From a virus (lineage: Duplodnaviria; Caudoviricetes): a stretch of DNA of 64,000 nucleotides. Below the pieces are notes generated by a model, which had not been told where the DNA came from, made no database searches, and saw nothing but the letters and a program-made list of their open reading frames with translations. Position 1 is the stretch's first letter. Every line of letters begins with the position of its first letter. The position numbers were made by a program, and so were the translations under genes. The stretch lies in the IMG/VR virus record IMGVR_UViG_3300023311_001083, positions 11,886-75,885 of that record; one strand, given 5' to 3'. Positions 1 to 8,877 of the stretch are shown piece by piece.

Positions 1-290
1 CAGCTAGTATTTCTATCTCGATTACGAAACATATCATCATTTTGACTATTGTCAGTTAAGTCTAATTTAGCATGTCCAGCTGAATAAAGACAATGACTAA
101 AGTAAAATTCACCTTTAGTTGGGTCTAAATAATTTAGACTTTCAACTCCATGTGCAAATGATTTAGGAATACGGGCTGGATCAGTATAATTTCCATATCG
201 CTGTTTACCAATATAAGCTGCATAATAGCTACTAGTTGCTGGTAAAAAATACGCATAATCAGATTGCGTAGTGGTTAAATCTTTAATCAT
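1..290 (-). CDS. Putative tRNA-guanine transglycosylase (TGT/DpdA)-like protein, N-terminal part only (runs off window)
   Basis: Not in ORF track. Hand translation: MIKDLTTTQSDYAYFLPATSSYYAAYIGKQRYG...CLYSAGHAKLDL...DMFRNRDRNTS. Resembles, from memory, N-termini of large-phage TGT-like proteins just before their DSGGFQ motif, which would lie outside the window. Confidence 0.4.
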   Translation of the reverse strand, partial: MIKDLTTTQSDYAYFLPATSSYYAAYIGKQRYGNYTDPARIPKSFAHGVESLNYLDPTKGEFYFSHCLYSAGHAKLDLTDNSQNDDMFRNRDRNTS

Positions 291-1344
291 TATTTTTCCT
301 GGTTAGATGTGTCAACATTATATCAGCAGATAAGTAATCTTTCAAGAGAATTTCATTTTGTATTTTCAACTTAGGAAGATAATAATCATAATTTTCAATT
401 CTATCAGTAATAAACTTAATTAATGCGTTCTTATAGATTTGATAATTTTCAAAACTTTCAGTCCATAAACTAGGATATTTAAAGCAATGTAAATACATTT
501 CTGAATAAGATGCACGATCTGGCACAATTGGTATTGCACCAGATAAACATCCTTCCATCATACTAATCCCAAGATTTTCATGTAATGAGCAACTAAAAAT
601 AATTTTACTTTCTTTTAATAATTCATAATAATCTGATTTATTTAAATCAAGTTTACTTGTTATTATAACATTACCCAACATTGTGTCGATATCTTCTGCA
701 ATTTCTGGCTGTTTATCTGAGTTATATCTATGTGGCCAGATAATATTATTGTTTTTTTCAACCGTATCTAAATCTACAGTTATTTGCTTTGTAATACTAT
801 TATGTGGTTGTCCACTTCTAATTGCTTTTTCAGTGGTGTCATTAATTGACAAGTTACGTAAAAACATATCACGATGAAAGTTAGAAGCATAATAATTATA
901 ATCACAACAATTAAATATACTTCGTTCAAAATCAGAAACCCAGCTTTTATCTAATTTCATACCAAGAATATCTGTTGGATCATATGCACCAGCATGCCAT
1001 ATACCATGAATTTCAACAGGAATATCTAATAATTCACTCATGTACTTAATATTAATTATACCTGGATTCCATGCGTCTGTTATTAGAATTTTATCACCAG
1101 AAATTATTTCATTATTAGCAAATAACTTACTAAGTGAACTTATTTGAGATGATTTATATATGTTTGTTGCACCAAAATTTAAAAATGCACCAGCTGTGAC
1201 AGAATCGGTTATTTGTTCACCATCTATTACTACTATATTAAATTCACTAGATGCATCTTTAATAATTTCAGGTATAATATCATACCATTGTTTAGTATAG
1301 CGTTGATCGATTGGTTCTATTGGTAAAATGTAAATTGTATTCAT
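283..1344 (-). CDS. GT-B fold glycosyltransferase
   Basis: C-terminal ENLGISMMEG...GAIPIVPDRASYSE matches the GT4-type donor-binding motif (ExFG...E...G.P.V). Confidence 0.7.
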   Translation of the reverse strand: MNTIYILPIEPIDQRYTKQWYDIIPEIIKDASSEFNIVVIDGEQITDSVTAGAFLNFGATNIYKSSQISSLSKLFANNEIISGDKILITDAWNPGIINIKYMSELLDIPVEIHGIWHAGAYDPTDILGMKLDKSWVSDFERSIFNCCDYNYYASNFHRDMFLRNLSINDTTEKAIRSGQPHNSITKQITVDLDTVEKNNNIIWPHRYNSDKQPEIAEDIDTMLGNVIITSKLDLNKSDYYELLKESKIIFSCSLHENLGISMMEGCLSGAIPIVPDRASYSEMYLHCFKYPSLWTESFENYQIYKNALIKFITDRIENYDYYLPKLKIQNEILLKDYLSADIMLTHLTRKNND

Positions 1345-1679
1345 TATATTGATCCAGTAATGTAAGATGATGTACCAATTGGCCCAATTGCTGTCCCCAT
1401 GCCATATCCAATGCTATATCCGATACCTGCCCCTCCTATATTTTGATCATACTTATTAGTTTCATTTAACCTAGATATTTCATAATACATTTCTAATTTA
1501 GAAATACGCTTGTCTTGCTCATTTAACAAAGCGCGTATAGGACCAACAGATACGTTACTATTTTCTGTAATGCTAGTTACTAACAATAAATTCTTCAATA
1601 ACTTAGTTACTGCTGGTGCATCAGACGTTATTGCTTTATCAAATATGTCAATTAGAGTTGATATTTCAGTTTCAGTCAT
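1344..1679 (-). CDS. Hypothetical protein with Gly-rich C-terminus
   Basis: 111-aa ORF abutting both neighbours. Confidence 0.6.
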   Translation of the reverse strand: MTETEISTLIDIFDKAITSDAPAVTKLLKNLLLVTSITENSNVSVGPIRALLNEQDKRISKLEMYYEISRLNETNKYDQNIGGAGIGYSIGYGMGTAIGPIGTSSYITGSI

Positions 1680-1680
1680 A

Positions 1681-2415
1681 TTATTTTACTTGAGCTGGTA
1701 ATATGTAATTATATTCAGCAATACCACTATCAACTGTAACTTGCAGAGCACCTGCATTTGATATACGAATAGTCATATCACCAGAAAGATTTAAGATGCT
1801 ACGAAATTGAGATATTGGCCATGAAAATGGTCTAATTAATTTTCCATTGACATTAGTTTCAAATATAAAACTTCCAGCATGTGTACTTGCATCACCAAAC
1901 GTAAATATTAAGTCATTATTCGCATCAGTTGACACTTGAAAAACAGTTTCTTCGTTGTTTGCAGTTTGTTGATATTTAAATTTTTCAATACTTGTCAACG
2001 ATGGGACGAATGTGATATCCCAATTTGCACCTTTAAATTTAACTGATTTTAATTTCTCATTAATGATTTCTTGTTTCATAAATCGATAATCATTTTGAAA
2101 ATCACCAGCTTTATTTTTAAAATGCAAACCTTTACAAATTACTTCACCATCTTTTGTATCAGTTACAACATTAATATTTGCATCATCTTTATACTCTGGA
2201 CATTTTAAATGTATGTCTAATTTGTTAAGATTTGGCATACCAAATGTCCCTTCAAGATTTGAAACTGGAACATGTGTGGTGGCATTAACAATAACTGACC
2301 TATCTTCAGCAATAGATTCGATTAGTGTTTCTGTACTAGATGATGATATTTTAACCAATGGTAAAAAACTTAACGCGTGGGTATGTGAAACTAAATCCTT
2401 TAAAAAATCTTTCAT
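1681..2415 (-). CDS. Sliding clamp (gp45/PCNA-like)
   Basis: ~244 aa, beta-rich, next to DNA polymerase, clamp loader present in window; start moved to MKDF, which follows a GGAG RBS. Confidence 0.6.
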   Translation of the reverse strand: MKDFLKDLVSHTHALSFLPLVKISSSSTETLIESIAEDRSVIVNATTHVPVSNLEGTFGMPNLNKLDIHLKCPEYKDDANINVVTDTKDGEVICKGLHFKNKAGDFQNDYRFMKQEIINEKLKSVKFKGANWDITFVPSLTSIEKFKYQQTANNEETVFQVSTDANNDLIFTFGDASTHAGSFIFETNVNGKLIRPFSWPISQFRSILNLSGDMTIRISNAGALQVTVDSGIAEYNYILPAQVK

Positions 2416-2436
2416 GTAATTCTCCATTAAAATTAT

Positions 2437-2465
2437 ATTATATATTATTTGTATATTTTTGTCAA
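2437..2465 (-). promoter_or_regulatory. Consensus sigma70-type early promoter
   Basis: TTGACA-17 nt-TATAAT on minus strand. Confidence 0.75.
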
Positions 2466-3557
2466 TTAAAACTCAAACAAACTTTCAAACATGTTAGTTC
2501 GTTCAGTACTTCTTAAATCCCAATGTAATACGCCAATTAAATTCTCCAGTTTCTTATTAATAATAATTGTTTCCATAGCGTCATGATCAAATGGTAATTC
2601 CTTAAACCATTGCGGTAATCTTAATTCATCAACAGGATATGCAACTGATGTTATACCTAATGGATTGTTTTTAAGCTTACAAACAATAACTTTCATACCA
2701 TCTACTATACTCATAGAGTATTTGTCACTATTCATACGTTGTAACGTATTCCAATTGATACTCGCTCTAACATGACCTGGTAATCTAGCTTTACCTTCGT
2801 CGTTTTCTTTAGCTTGATAGTACGTGATTTTATTTGCTCGTTTGGGAGAACCTTTCTCCCAACCTGGACGTTCTTTGAAAATAATCCTAAAATTAACTAT
2901 ATGTTCCAAAACTTTTTCTTGTGTAGCATCAGTTAGCACCATTTCAAGTAATTCACTTAGAAATTTCTGAATAAAAACAGGTGTATCACTACGTCTGAGA
3001 TCGAGACCCATTGCTTTTATCTTTCCTTCTTTACCTTTGATGTCTTGACGTTTTCCATCTTTATCATAAACTAAAACTGCATACCGCTTCTTAGTTATGA
3101 ATAATCCAGTAGTACCAACAATTTCTCTTCCAGCTTTTATAACTTCACCACGTGATTTTGGACAATGAAATGCATCATACATAAATTGCGGGAATGTTTC
3201 ATTAACCATATCTGCCATTTCATCATATAATTCAATGATTGAATCTTTATTCCAGTCAATCCGCTTAGCATCAATATCTTTTTTAAATGTTTCATATGCT
3301 GAGAAATATACTGAATTATGCAATAGAATATTATTACCAAACAACCAAGGCTTCTTTTCGTTTTTCATTCCAATATCATATACATACTCGTTGTTAGCTT
3401 GTCTTACCTTTTTAACTGATTTAACTGGTGCACGATGCAGTGAGATCGTTGTTGGTTTTATTTTTGAAATATTTTTTCGAATATCAGATAATACCTGAAC
3501 TTGTTCTTCAGTATTTGTTGAATGAATTAATGTTTTAAATAATGTAGTTAAAGTCAT
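2466..3557 (-). CDS. polB: Family-B DNA polymerase C-terminal fragment with N-terminal split intein IntC
   Basis: YVYDI...GNNILLHN|SVYFS junction, then KKRYA and KAMGLDLRRSD PolB motifs; ATGA overlap with upstream ORF. Confidence 0.9.
   Translation of the reverse strand: MTLTTLFKTLIHSTNTEEQVQVLSDIRKNISKIKPTTISLHRAPVKSVKKVRQANNEYVYDIGMKNEKKPWLFGNNILLHNSVYFSAYETFKKDIDAKRIDWNKDSIIELYDEMADMVNETFPQFMYDAFHCPKSRGEVIKAGREIVGTTGLFITKKRYAVLVYDKDGKRQDIKGKEGKIKAMGLDLRRSDTPVFIQKFLSELLEMVLTDATQEKVLEHIVNFRIIFKERPGWEKGSPKRANKITYYQAKENDEGKARLPGHVRASINWNTLQRMNSDKYSMSIVDGMKVIVCKLKNNPLGITSVAYPVDELRLPQWFKELPFDHDAMETIIINKKLENLIGVLHWDLRSTERTNMFESLFEF
3315..3557 (-). other. Split intein C-part (81 aa)
   Basis: Block F YVYDI, block G ILLHN, +1 residue Ser at 3312-3314. 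Confidence 0.9.
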
Positions 3558-5296
3558 GGTGTTGTTTTCTCGTTATTGGTTAATTGCATTTCAAAAACTA
3601 TTTGTCCACAATCCCAAATTCTTCGATATTTGTTAAAATACATATTCTCTATTTCAGTAAGATTGTGGTTGTAATTTATTAATAAGTTAGCAAGGTTTCT
3701 TTTTTGAAAAAAAGAACGATGCCAGATCTTCTTACAATCAGTATAATAATAACACGGATCAGTAACATGTGTCAATGTAAAATTACATTGTTTATATACA
3801 TTTCCGTTGCTCCATCTGCGATTTGCATATGAAATCAACATTCCGGTATGTGTTTTTTTAAATTCATTAATAATTTTACTAAATCCACCAATCACTGACG
3901 TGTTTATTACTGATGCAAAACGTATTAATTCGAAATAGTTATCAACTTTTTTTCTAAATCTAGATTTTCCAAATGTTGCAAGTGATACAATTTCTTGGTT
4001 ATAAACTAAACCGATATGAATTGATCCAGATGCATACCCTTGTAAGTGATTTTGTTCAAAGAATGCTTTACTGTCTTTACCAGATAATAAAATAATTTTA
4101 CAATGTCTAGCAAATATTCTACGAGATGCTTTTTTTAAATGATGTCGTATTGTAGATTTCCATATTTCTTGTTTTATAACGTCTTTCCATTCTAAATCTA
4201 GAATATGTAATAATTGTATTCCGTTTTCTTCGCATACAGTTGTTTTATTTAGGTGTTGTTTTGATTTAGCAAAATCAGTTTCTTTTGAAGCTGACGAATG
4301 CCAATAAATGCCGTTATATTCTATTGCTAAATTAAACTTTGGTAAATATATATCAATTTCAAACCCTAAATCTCTCCACGAATGATTTATTTCATCAACA
4401 CCAATTTCTGTTAAAAAATTAATAATTTCATATTCCGCAGCTGATTTATTTGTAGTAAATTGGATCCCACATTGTTTACATCCATTACCTGCTAAATGAT
4501 AATATGCAACTTGTGAGAATTTTCCGTGTTTTTGACATATAATATCAACGATCTCACGAGCCGAGTTGTATATAGTTTGACTATAATCATATTTTAACCC
4601 GTGAATGTTTTGTGCTTTTAAAATGAATTCAGGGGTTGTTAACAGTATTTTTTTGGCATTTTGATCAAGACCACATTTCTTACATCCATGCCCACGCATG
4701 TGTACGCCTGCTACTTGTAAAAAAGACCCATGTATTGGACACACAATTTCTATTGAACTATTAATATCAATAAACTTGCGTTTGTCATATATATAGAAAT
4801 TATTGTGTTCTTTCATGCTTCTAGCAATCCAGTCTTCAACAGTAATACGTGGAATAATTGTATCACCATAACATTTTTGACACCGCATGCCTTTGATAAA
4901 ATTTCTTGCTATTTGAAAAAATACTCCGTGTTTTTGGCAGTTTAATTCAATATACTGTATACTGCTTAGAAATTTTGGAACATTTATTAATTCATAATTA
5001 TGAATGTTATGTTTTTTTAATGTTTCTAAAGAAATAATATTATTTGTATTAACGTGTAGGTTACACCGATATTTTGCATTTTCAAAATTTCTAAATTTTG
5101 AAATTATTGTTAATTGGGCATTACATATTTCACAAACTGGACTATCTTGGTTGTCTAAAAATAAGCATATGGCGGCCTGTACATCAAATATGTTTTGCCG
5201 ACCGCCATATTTTACGAGTATCTTATTAAATAATCTTGGATATTTTTTTTTAAACGAGGATACCGTTAAACCTCGAGTTATAAGCGAATTTGTCAT
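3554..5296 (-). mobile_element. Free-standing homing endonuclease-like gene between the intein halves (Zn-binding repeats plus PD-(D/E)XK/Vsr-like domain)
   Basis: Three C-x2-HG-x-F-x-Q...H-x2-G-x2-C-x2-C repeats; EIDIYLPKFNLAIEYNGIYWH; TATAAATA at 5301-5308. Confidence 0.75.
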
Positions 5297-5308
5297 ATTA
5301 TATTTATA

Positions 5309-5665
5309 TTAATCTTTTTGACTAATTGAAATTAATATATCTGTTTCTTGAATATCAGCCGGCTTTACTTCTAGCAGGATTCCGGCTCGTTCAATCATTA
5401 CTGAGTGGTCTTGAGTTACTGTTACAATATTACCTAACGCATCTTCGATTTCGTACAAATCTTTAGAAACTTTATGCCGATAGATATAATTAATGTGCCC
5501 TAAGTATGGCTCGTTCCTATCTGGGTCAAAACTCATAACGATTAACTCTGGATTATATGCATACTCTTTATCCCCGTCATTCCAAAATTGCGAGCACGAA
5601 CTGAATAACTCTTCAACTGTTTTCTCACCAAAATTAGTTTGATGCAATGTTGTGCCTATCCAACT
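5309..5665 (-). other. Split intein N-part (118 aa, Ser1)
   Basis: Starts SWIGTT directly after YGDTD; block B TVTQDHS; ends at stop. Confidence 0.88.
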
Positions 5666-7291
5666 ATCAGTATCACCATATATAAGACTAGCGCCAAGAT
5701 GGTCATATTTACCAGTGATAAATTCATTAGTTTTAGCACTCATGTGCTTAACAATTTGTCTGCCAGTTAATGTTGTTGATTGTCCAATTCGTTTATCTGA
5801 GAAACGGCATCCTTCATTTAATAACGCGCCATATAATGCATTTAAATTAATTTTCTTAACTAATTGTCGTTTGTCCCAGTATTCTTCAGCAATTTTATCA
5901 TTTTCATCTTTTGCTATTGCTAATTTTGCCTGCAATTCTTGACGTTCTGCATACCATCGTTTTAATAATCCAGGAATGATACCTTCTTTTTCATAAGTAA
6001 AAATAGTACCATTTGCACTTAGCATCCAAGGTTGATTGCTTTTGAATATTAATTTATAAACTTCGGCAGCACTTAATATGTCACTTTCACCATTAACCCA
6101 ATCAATTGTTATTTCAGTTCCTAATTCTTGATTCATAACTGACGTATATTCTAAACTTCCGAATATTCCTTCCCATGCTTGTGCTGCAGTTTTACCTTTT
6201 TTACCAGAAACTGATTTAGCCATCAGTTTAGCAATGTGCGCCTCAGTTGCTGTCTGTCTTAACTGACCTACAATTGTTTCAGGGCTCATATTTACTGCGC
6301 GAATAGCACTGGGATATAGTGAGTTTATATCGAAAGAACCTATCCACCGATGAAAACCTTTCTTAGGATATGCTACATATGCACCAGCGGCACCTGATTC
6401 AGATTTAGTTAATTTTGATCTATTCGGAACTTGTAATCCCCTACTATGCGCTTCATTGATGATAGCTTGTTCAGTCATTGCAACTGTGCCTAAAGTTGTG
6501 GGCAATAGAACTGTGTTTTCATGTGCTAGTAAATTAGTTTGATATATGAATTTTAATTTAGCATCCAATTTAGCTAGGAGGTCTGTATCCTGTCTATTAT
6601 ATTGAATAAATGTTTTAAAATCATTATTATATAATTGATCTAAGGTGCCATCATACTCTGTTTTCTTTTCACCAAGTTCATACTCTGCAATTGCATCTAA
6701 CGAATAACTATGACGTTCTTCATAAGTATACTTTTTATATAAATCTAGACTATCAATATTTACTCGTCCAATAAAATCATATGTAATTGATGTTTTTCCA
6801 TATTTTTCATATTCACGTTTTTTTGGTAGCTGATCAAATAAACAAAATCGTCTAGTATCATTTTTACTTAGAACTTTAGCAACTCTATGCACGGTATATG
6901 GGACATCATACGCTTGACAATTCCACCCTGATAATACGTCCGCATCTTGAATTAAATCCAAGAATGTATCCAATAATTCTTTTTCAGTTTTGAAAAGCAA
7001 TGTATTAGGAAATTCTTTGACTTCTTCAATTGCCTGGTCCATTGTCAAAGATTTTGGTGGCACTGATAAACATATAGTTGTGTTTAACCATTGCAGATGA
7101 ACTGCTATTGCAGTAATTGGCATGAATGCGTCATCAGTTGAACTATAACCAGGACCAGGTTTTAAGTATCTGCAACCATCAATGTTAACCCACTGTTTTT
7201 TAATAGAATCCCATACTTCATATTCATGTTTATTAGGTAGTTGGTTTAATTCAAAGACCGTTATTTCTTTTTCTTCCTGCACTTTTATCAT
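5309..7291 (-). CDS. polB: Family-B DNA polymerase middle fragment (ExoII/III, Pol A/B/C) with C-terminal split intein IntN
   Basis: SGWNCQAYD, YNRQDTD, SFDINSLYPS, KKINLNALYG, YGDTD followed by intein sequence; exact start uncertain. Confidence 0.92.
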   Translation of the reverse strand: MIKVQEEKEITVFELNQLPNKHEYEVWDSIKKQWVNIDGCRYLKPGPGYSSTDDAFMPITAIAVHLQWLNTTICLSVPPKSLTMDQAIEEVKEFPNTLLFKTEKELLDTFLDLIQDADVLSGWNCQAYDVPYTVHRVAKVLSKNDTRRFCLFDQLPKKREYEKYGKTSITYDFIGRVNIDSLDLYKKYTYEERHSYSLDAIAEYELGEKKTEYDGTLDQLYNNDFKTFIQYNRQDTDLLAKLDAKLKFIYQTNLLAHENTVLLPTTLGTVAMTEQAIINEAHSRGLQVPNRSKLTKSESGAAGAYVAYPKKGFHRWIGSFDINSLYPSAIRAVNMSPETIVGQLRQTATEAHIAKLMAKSVSGKKGKTAAQAWEGIFGSLEYTSVMNQELGTEITIDWVNGESDILSAAEVYKLIFKSNQPWMLSANGTIFTYEKEGIIPGLLKRWYAERQELQAKLAIAKDENDKIAEEYWDKRQLVKKINLNALYGALLNEGCRFSDKRIGQSTTLTGRQIVKHMSAKTNEFITGKYDHLGASLIYGDTDSWIGTTLHQTNFGEKTVEELFSSCSQFWNDGDKEYAYNPELIVMSFDPDRNEPYLGHINYIYRHKVSKDLYEIEDALGNIVTVTQDHSVMIERAGILLEVKPADIQETDILISISQKD

Positions 7292-7985
7292 TCCCAGTAT
7301 ATTTTGTTACATATTTGACAACTGACCCATCATTTAATTGCCCATTGCATTTTTTTATTTTATATTTTATATGGTCGTATGTATACCCTGTTATGAACAT
7401 TACTTGTTCATATGACCAAAATTTAATAATTGACCCATCCATTTTTGTTAGTTGCATTTGTGAGCCTTTTCCTTTTCTTATCATGTTACCACGTGTTTTT
7501 TGATCACACTGTCCAACTGACGCTTTCATTCGAACATGCATTTCTTCTTTAGATAGTTTGCTCAACGTATTTTTTAATGTATTACTCACTTTATTATAAT
7601 CATACTGATATTTTCCTAATTTATGATTTTCACTAAATCGGCGTTTTCTTTCTTCACATTTGTTTGGATTCTCATCAATATATCTTTTCCTTGCTTCAGC
7701 ATACGCATGACTAGTTACTACGTAACTATTATATCCGGATCGTGTTTTTGCCATCCACCATAATGCATATATCATTTTCTTTCTAAATGTCGGGTTATTT
7801 TTATACATTTTTACTAATAAAAGATGGCAAATAAAATGTTCACGAGTAGTTAAGTATACGAGGTTAAATTCATCATTTGTACCACCACAACTTTTTGGAA
7901 GAATATGGTGTTTTTCTAATCCAATATCTTTTGTTTTAAATTTAGAATTTTCAATTATACTAAAATATATTTTTTCATAGTTCAT
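7251..7985 (-). mobile_element. Free-standing HNH homing endonuclease gene interrupting the polB exonuclease domain
   Basis: EKHHILPKSCGGTNDEFNLVYLTTREHFICH HNH motif; TAAATA upstream; overlaps the middle polB ORF by 41 nt. Confidence 0.85.
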
Positions 7986-8031
7986 AAGTTTCTCTTATAA
8001 CTATTTAACTTGAGCTCCTCCATACCAATAA

Positions 8032-8424
8032 TTATTTTAGTTTTTTTCTAATTTTTACTATTTGTTGGCTTGGAACAGCAAATGGTTGCATATCAACTTC
8101 AATGTCCCAGAAAGCGACATTTAAATTTGGTGATTCTTGATGCATATAGTGTTCAGCTAATGCAACAAATACTGGATTGGTATCAGATTCAAATAATACT
8201 TTACCGCTATTAATTGCTTGTTCTTTTCTAAAATCATTTGTAGATTTACATACAATACGATTTAGTTTATCCCCATAAATACTTTCATATTTACCTTTTG
8301 TATCTTTGTAATAAAAAGTATACTTAACTGGTATATTTCGAAATATACGTTCACCAGATTTAGATCGTTCTACTATTTTAATTTGATCTGCGTTTCTATC
8401 AAAGAAACCATCCACATATGACAT
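8032..8424 (-). CDS. polB: Family-B DNA polymerase N-terminal fragment (contains ExoI)
   Basis: Ends AFWDIEVD (ExoI DxE) plus a 19-aa tail; GGAG RBS. Confidence 0.85.
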   Translation of the reverse strand: MSYVDGFFDRNADQIKIVERSKSGERIFRNIPVKYTFYYKDTKGKYESIYGDKLNRIVCKSTNDFRKEQAINSGKVLFESDTNPVFVALAEHYMHQESPNLNVAFWDIEVDMQPFAVPSQQIVKIRKKLK

Positions 8425-8477
8425 TTAATCTCCTTGTTATTGTGACTGCTAAATTAATAGCAGCCACTATCTTTCTT

Positions 8478-8735
8478 TTAGATTTTTTTAGTTATATCTA
8501 AAATAGCTTCAACTTCTTCCCAATCTTCATTGTAATCTTGCCAGTTTCCTTTATGTGCAATTTTTATTGCTTTATTAATAACACTAGGTTTTACACTTAG
8601 TTCTTCTGCAACCGCTTTCACAGTTTCTTTAAGTCCTTCTTGTAAAGCTTCAATTTCATGTAATACTGTACTTCCTTCATTAATTAGCCGTTCTAATTTT
8701 GATTTTTCTTCTGGGCCGTAGCTTCTATCTGCCAT
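8478..8735 (-). CDS. Small dsDNA-binding protein (T4 DsbA/GapR-like)
   Basis: EIEALQEGLKETVKAVAEEL...INKAIK helical pattern; GGAG RBS before MADRSY. Confidence 0.55.
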   Translation of the reverse strand: MADRSYGPEEKSKLERLINEGSTVLHEIEALQEGLKETVKAVAEELSVKPSVINKAIKIAHKGNWQDYNEDWEEVEAILDITKKI

Positions 8736-8763
8736 TTTGTTCTCCGTGGTTATTAAAATAAAC

Positions 8764-8792
8764 ATTATACATTAAATAGTTATGTATGTCAA
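8764..8792 (-). promoter_or_regulatory. Consensus sigma70-type early promoter for the dsb/polB operon
   Basis: TTGACA-17 nt-TATAAT. Confidence 0.8.
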
Positions 8793-8801
8793 TTATAAGA
8801 C

Positions 8802-8829
8802 AAAAAAAAGGCAGATATAAATCTGCCTT
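8802..8829 (-). terminator. Rho-independent terminator
   Basis: AAGGCAGAT/ATCTGCCTT stem plus U-tract on minus strand. Confidence 0.8.
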
Positions 8830-8877
8830 AGTGTAGTGACCATAGTTCAGTGATTTTTACACACCGAGTTATTATAG

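Noticed and set aside
7251-8031. Group I intron in polB
   Set aside because: Only 46 nt separate the upstream stop from the HNH start, and the HNH ORF overlaps the downstream fragment; no P7-type conserved elements are visible.
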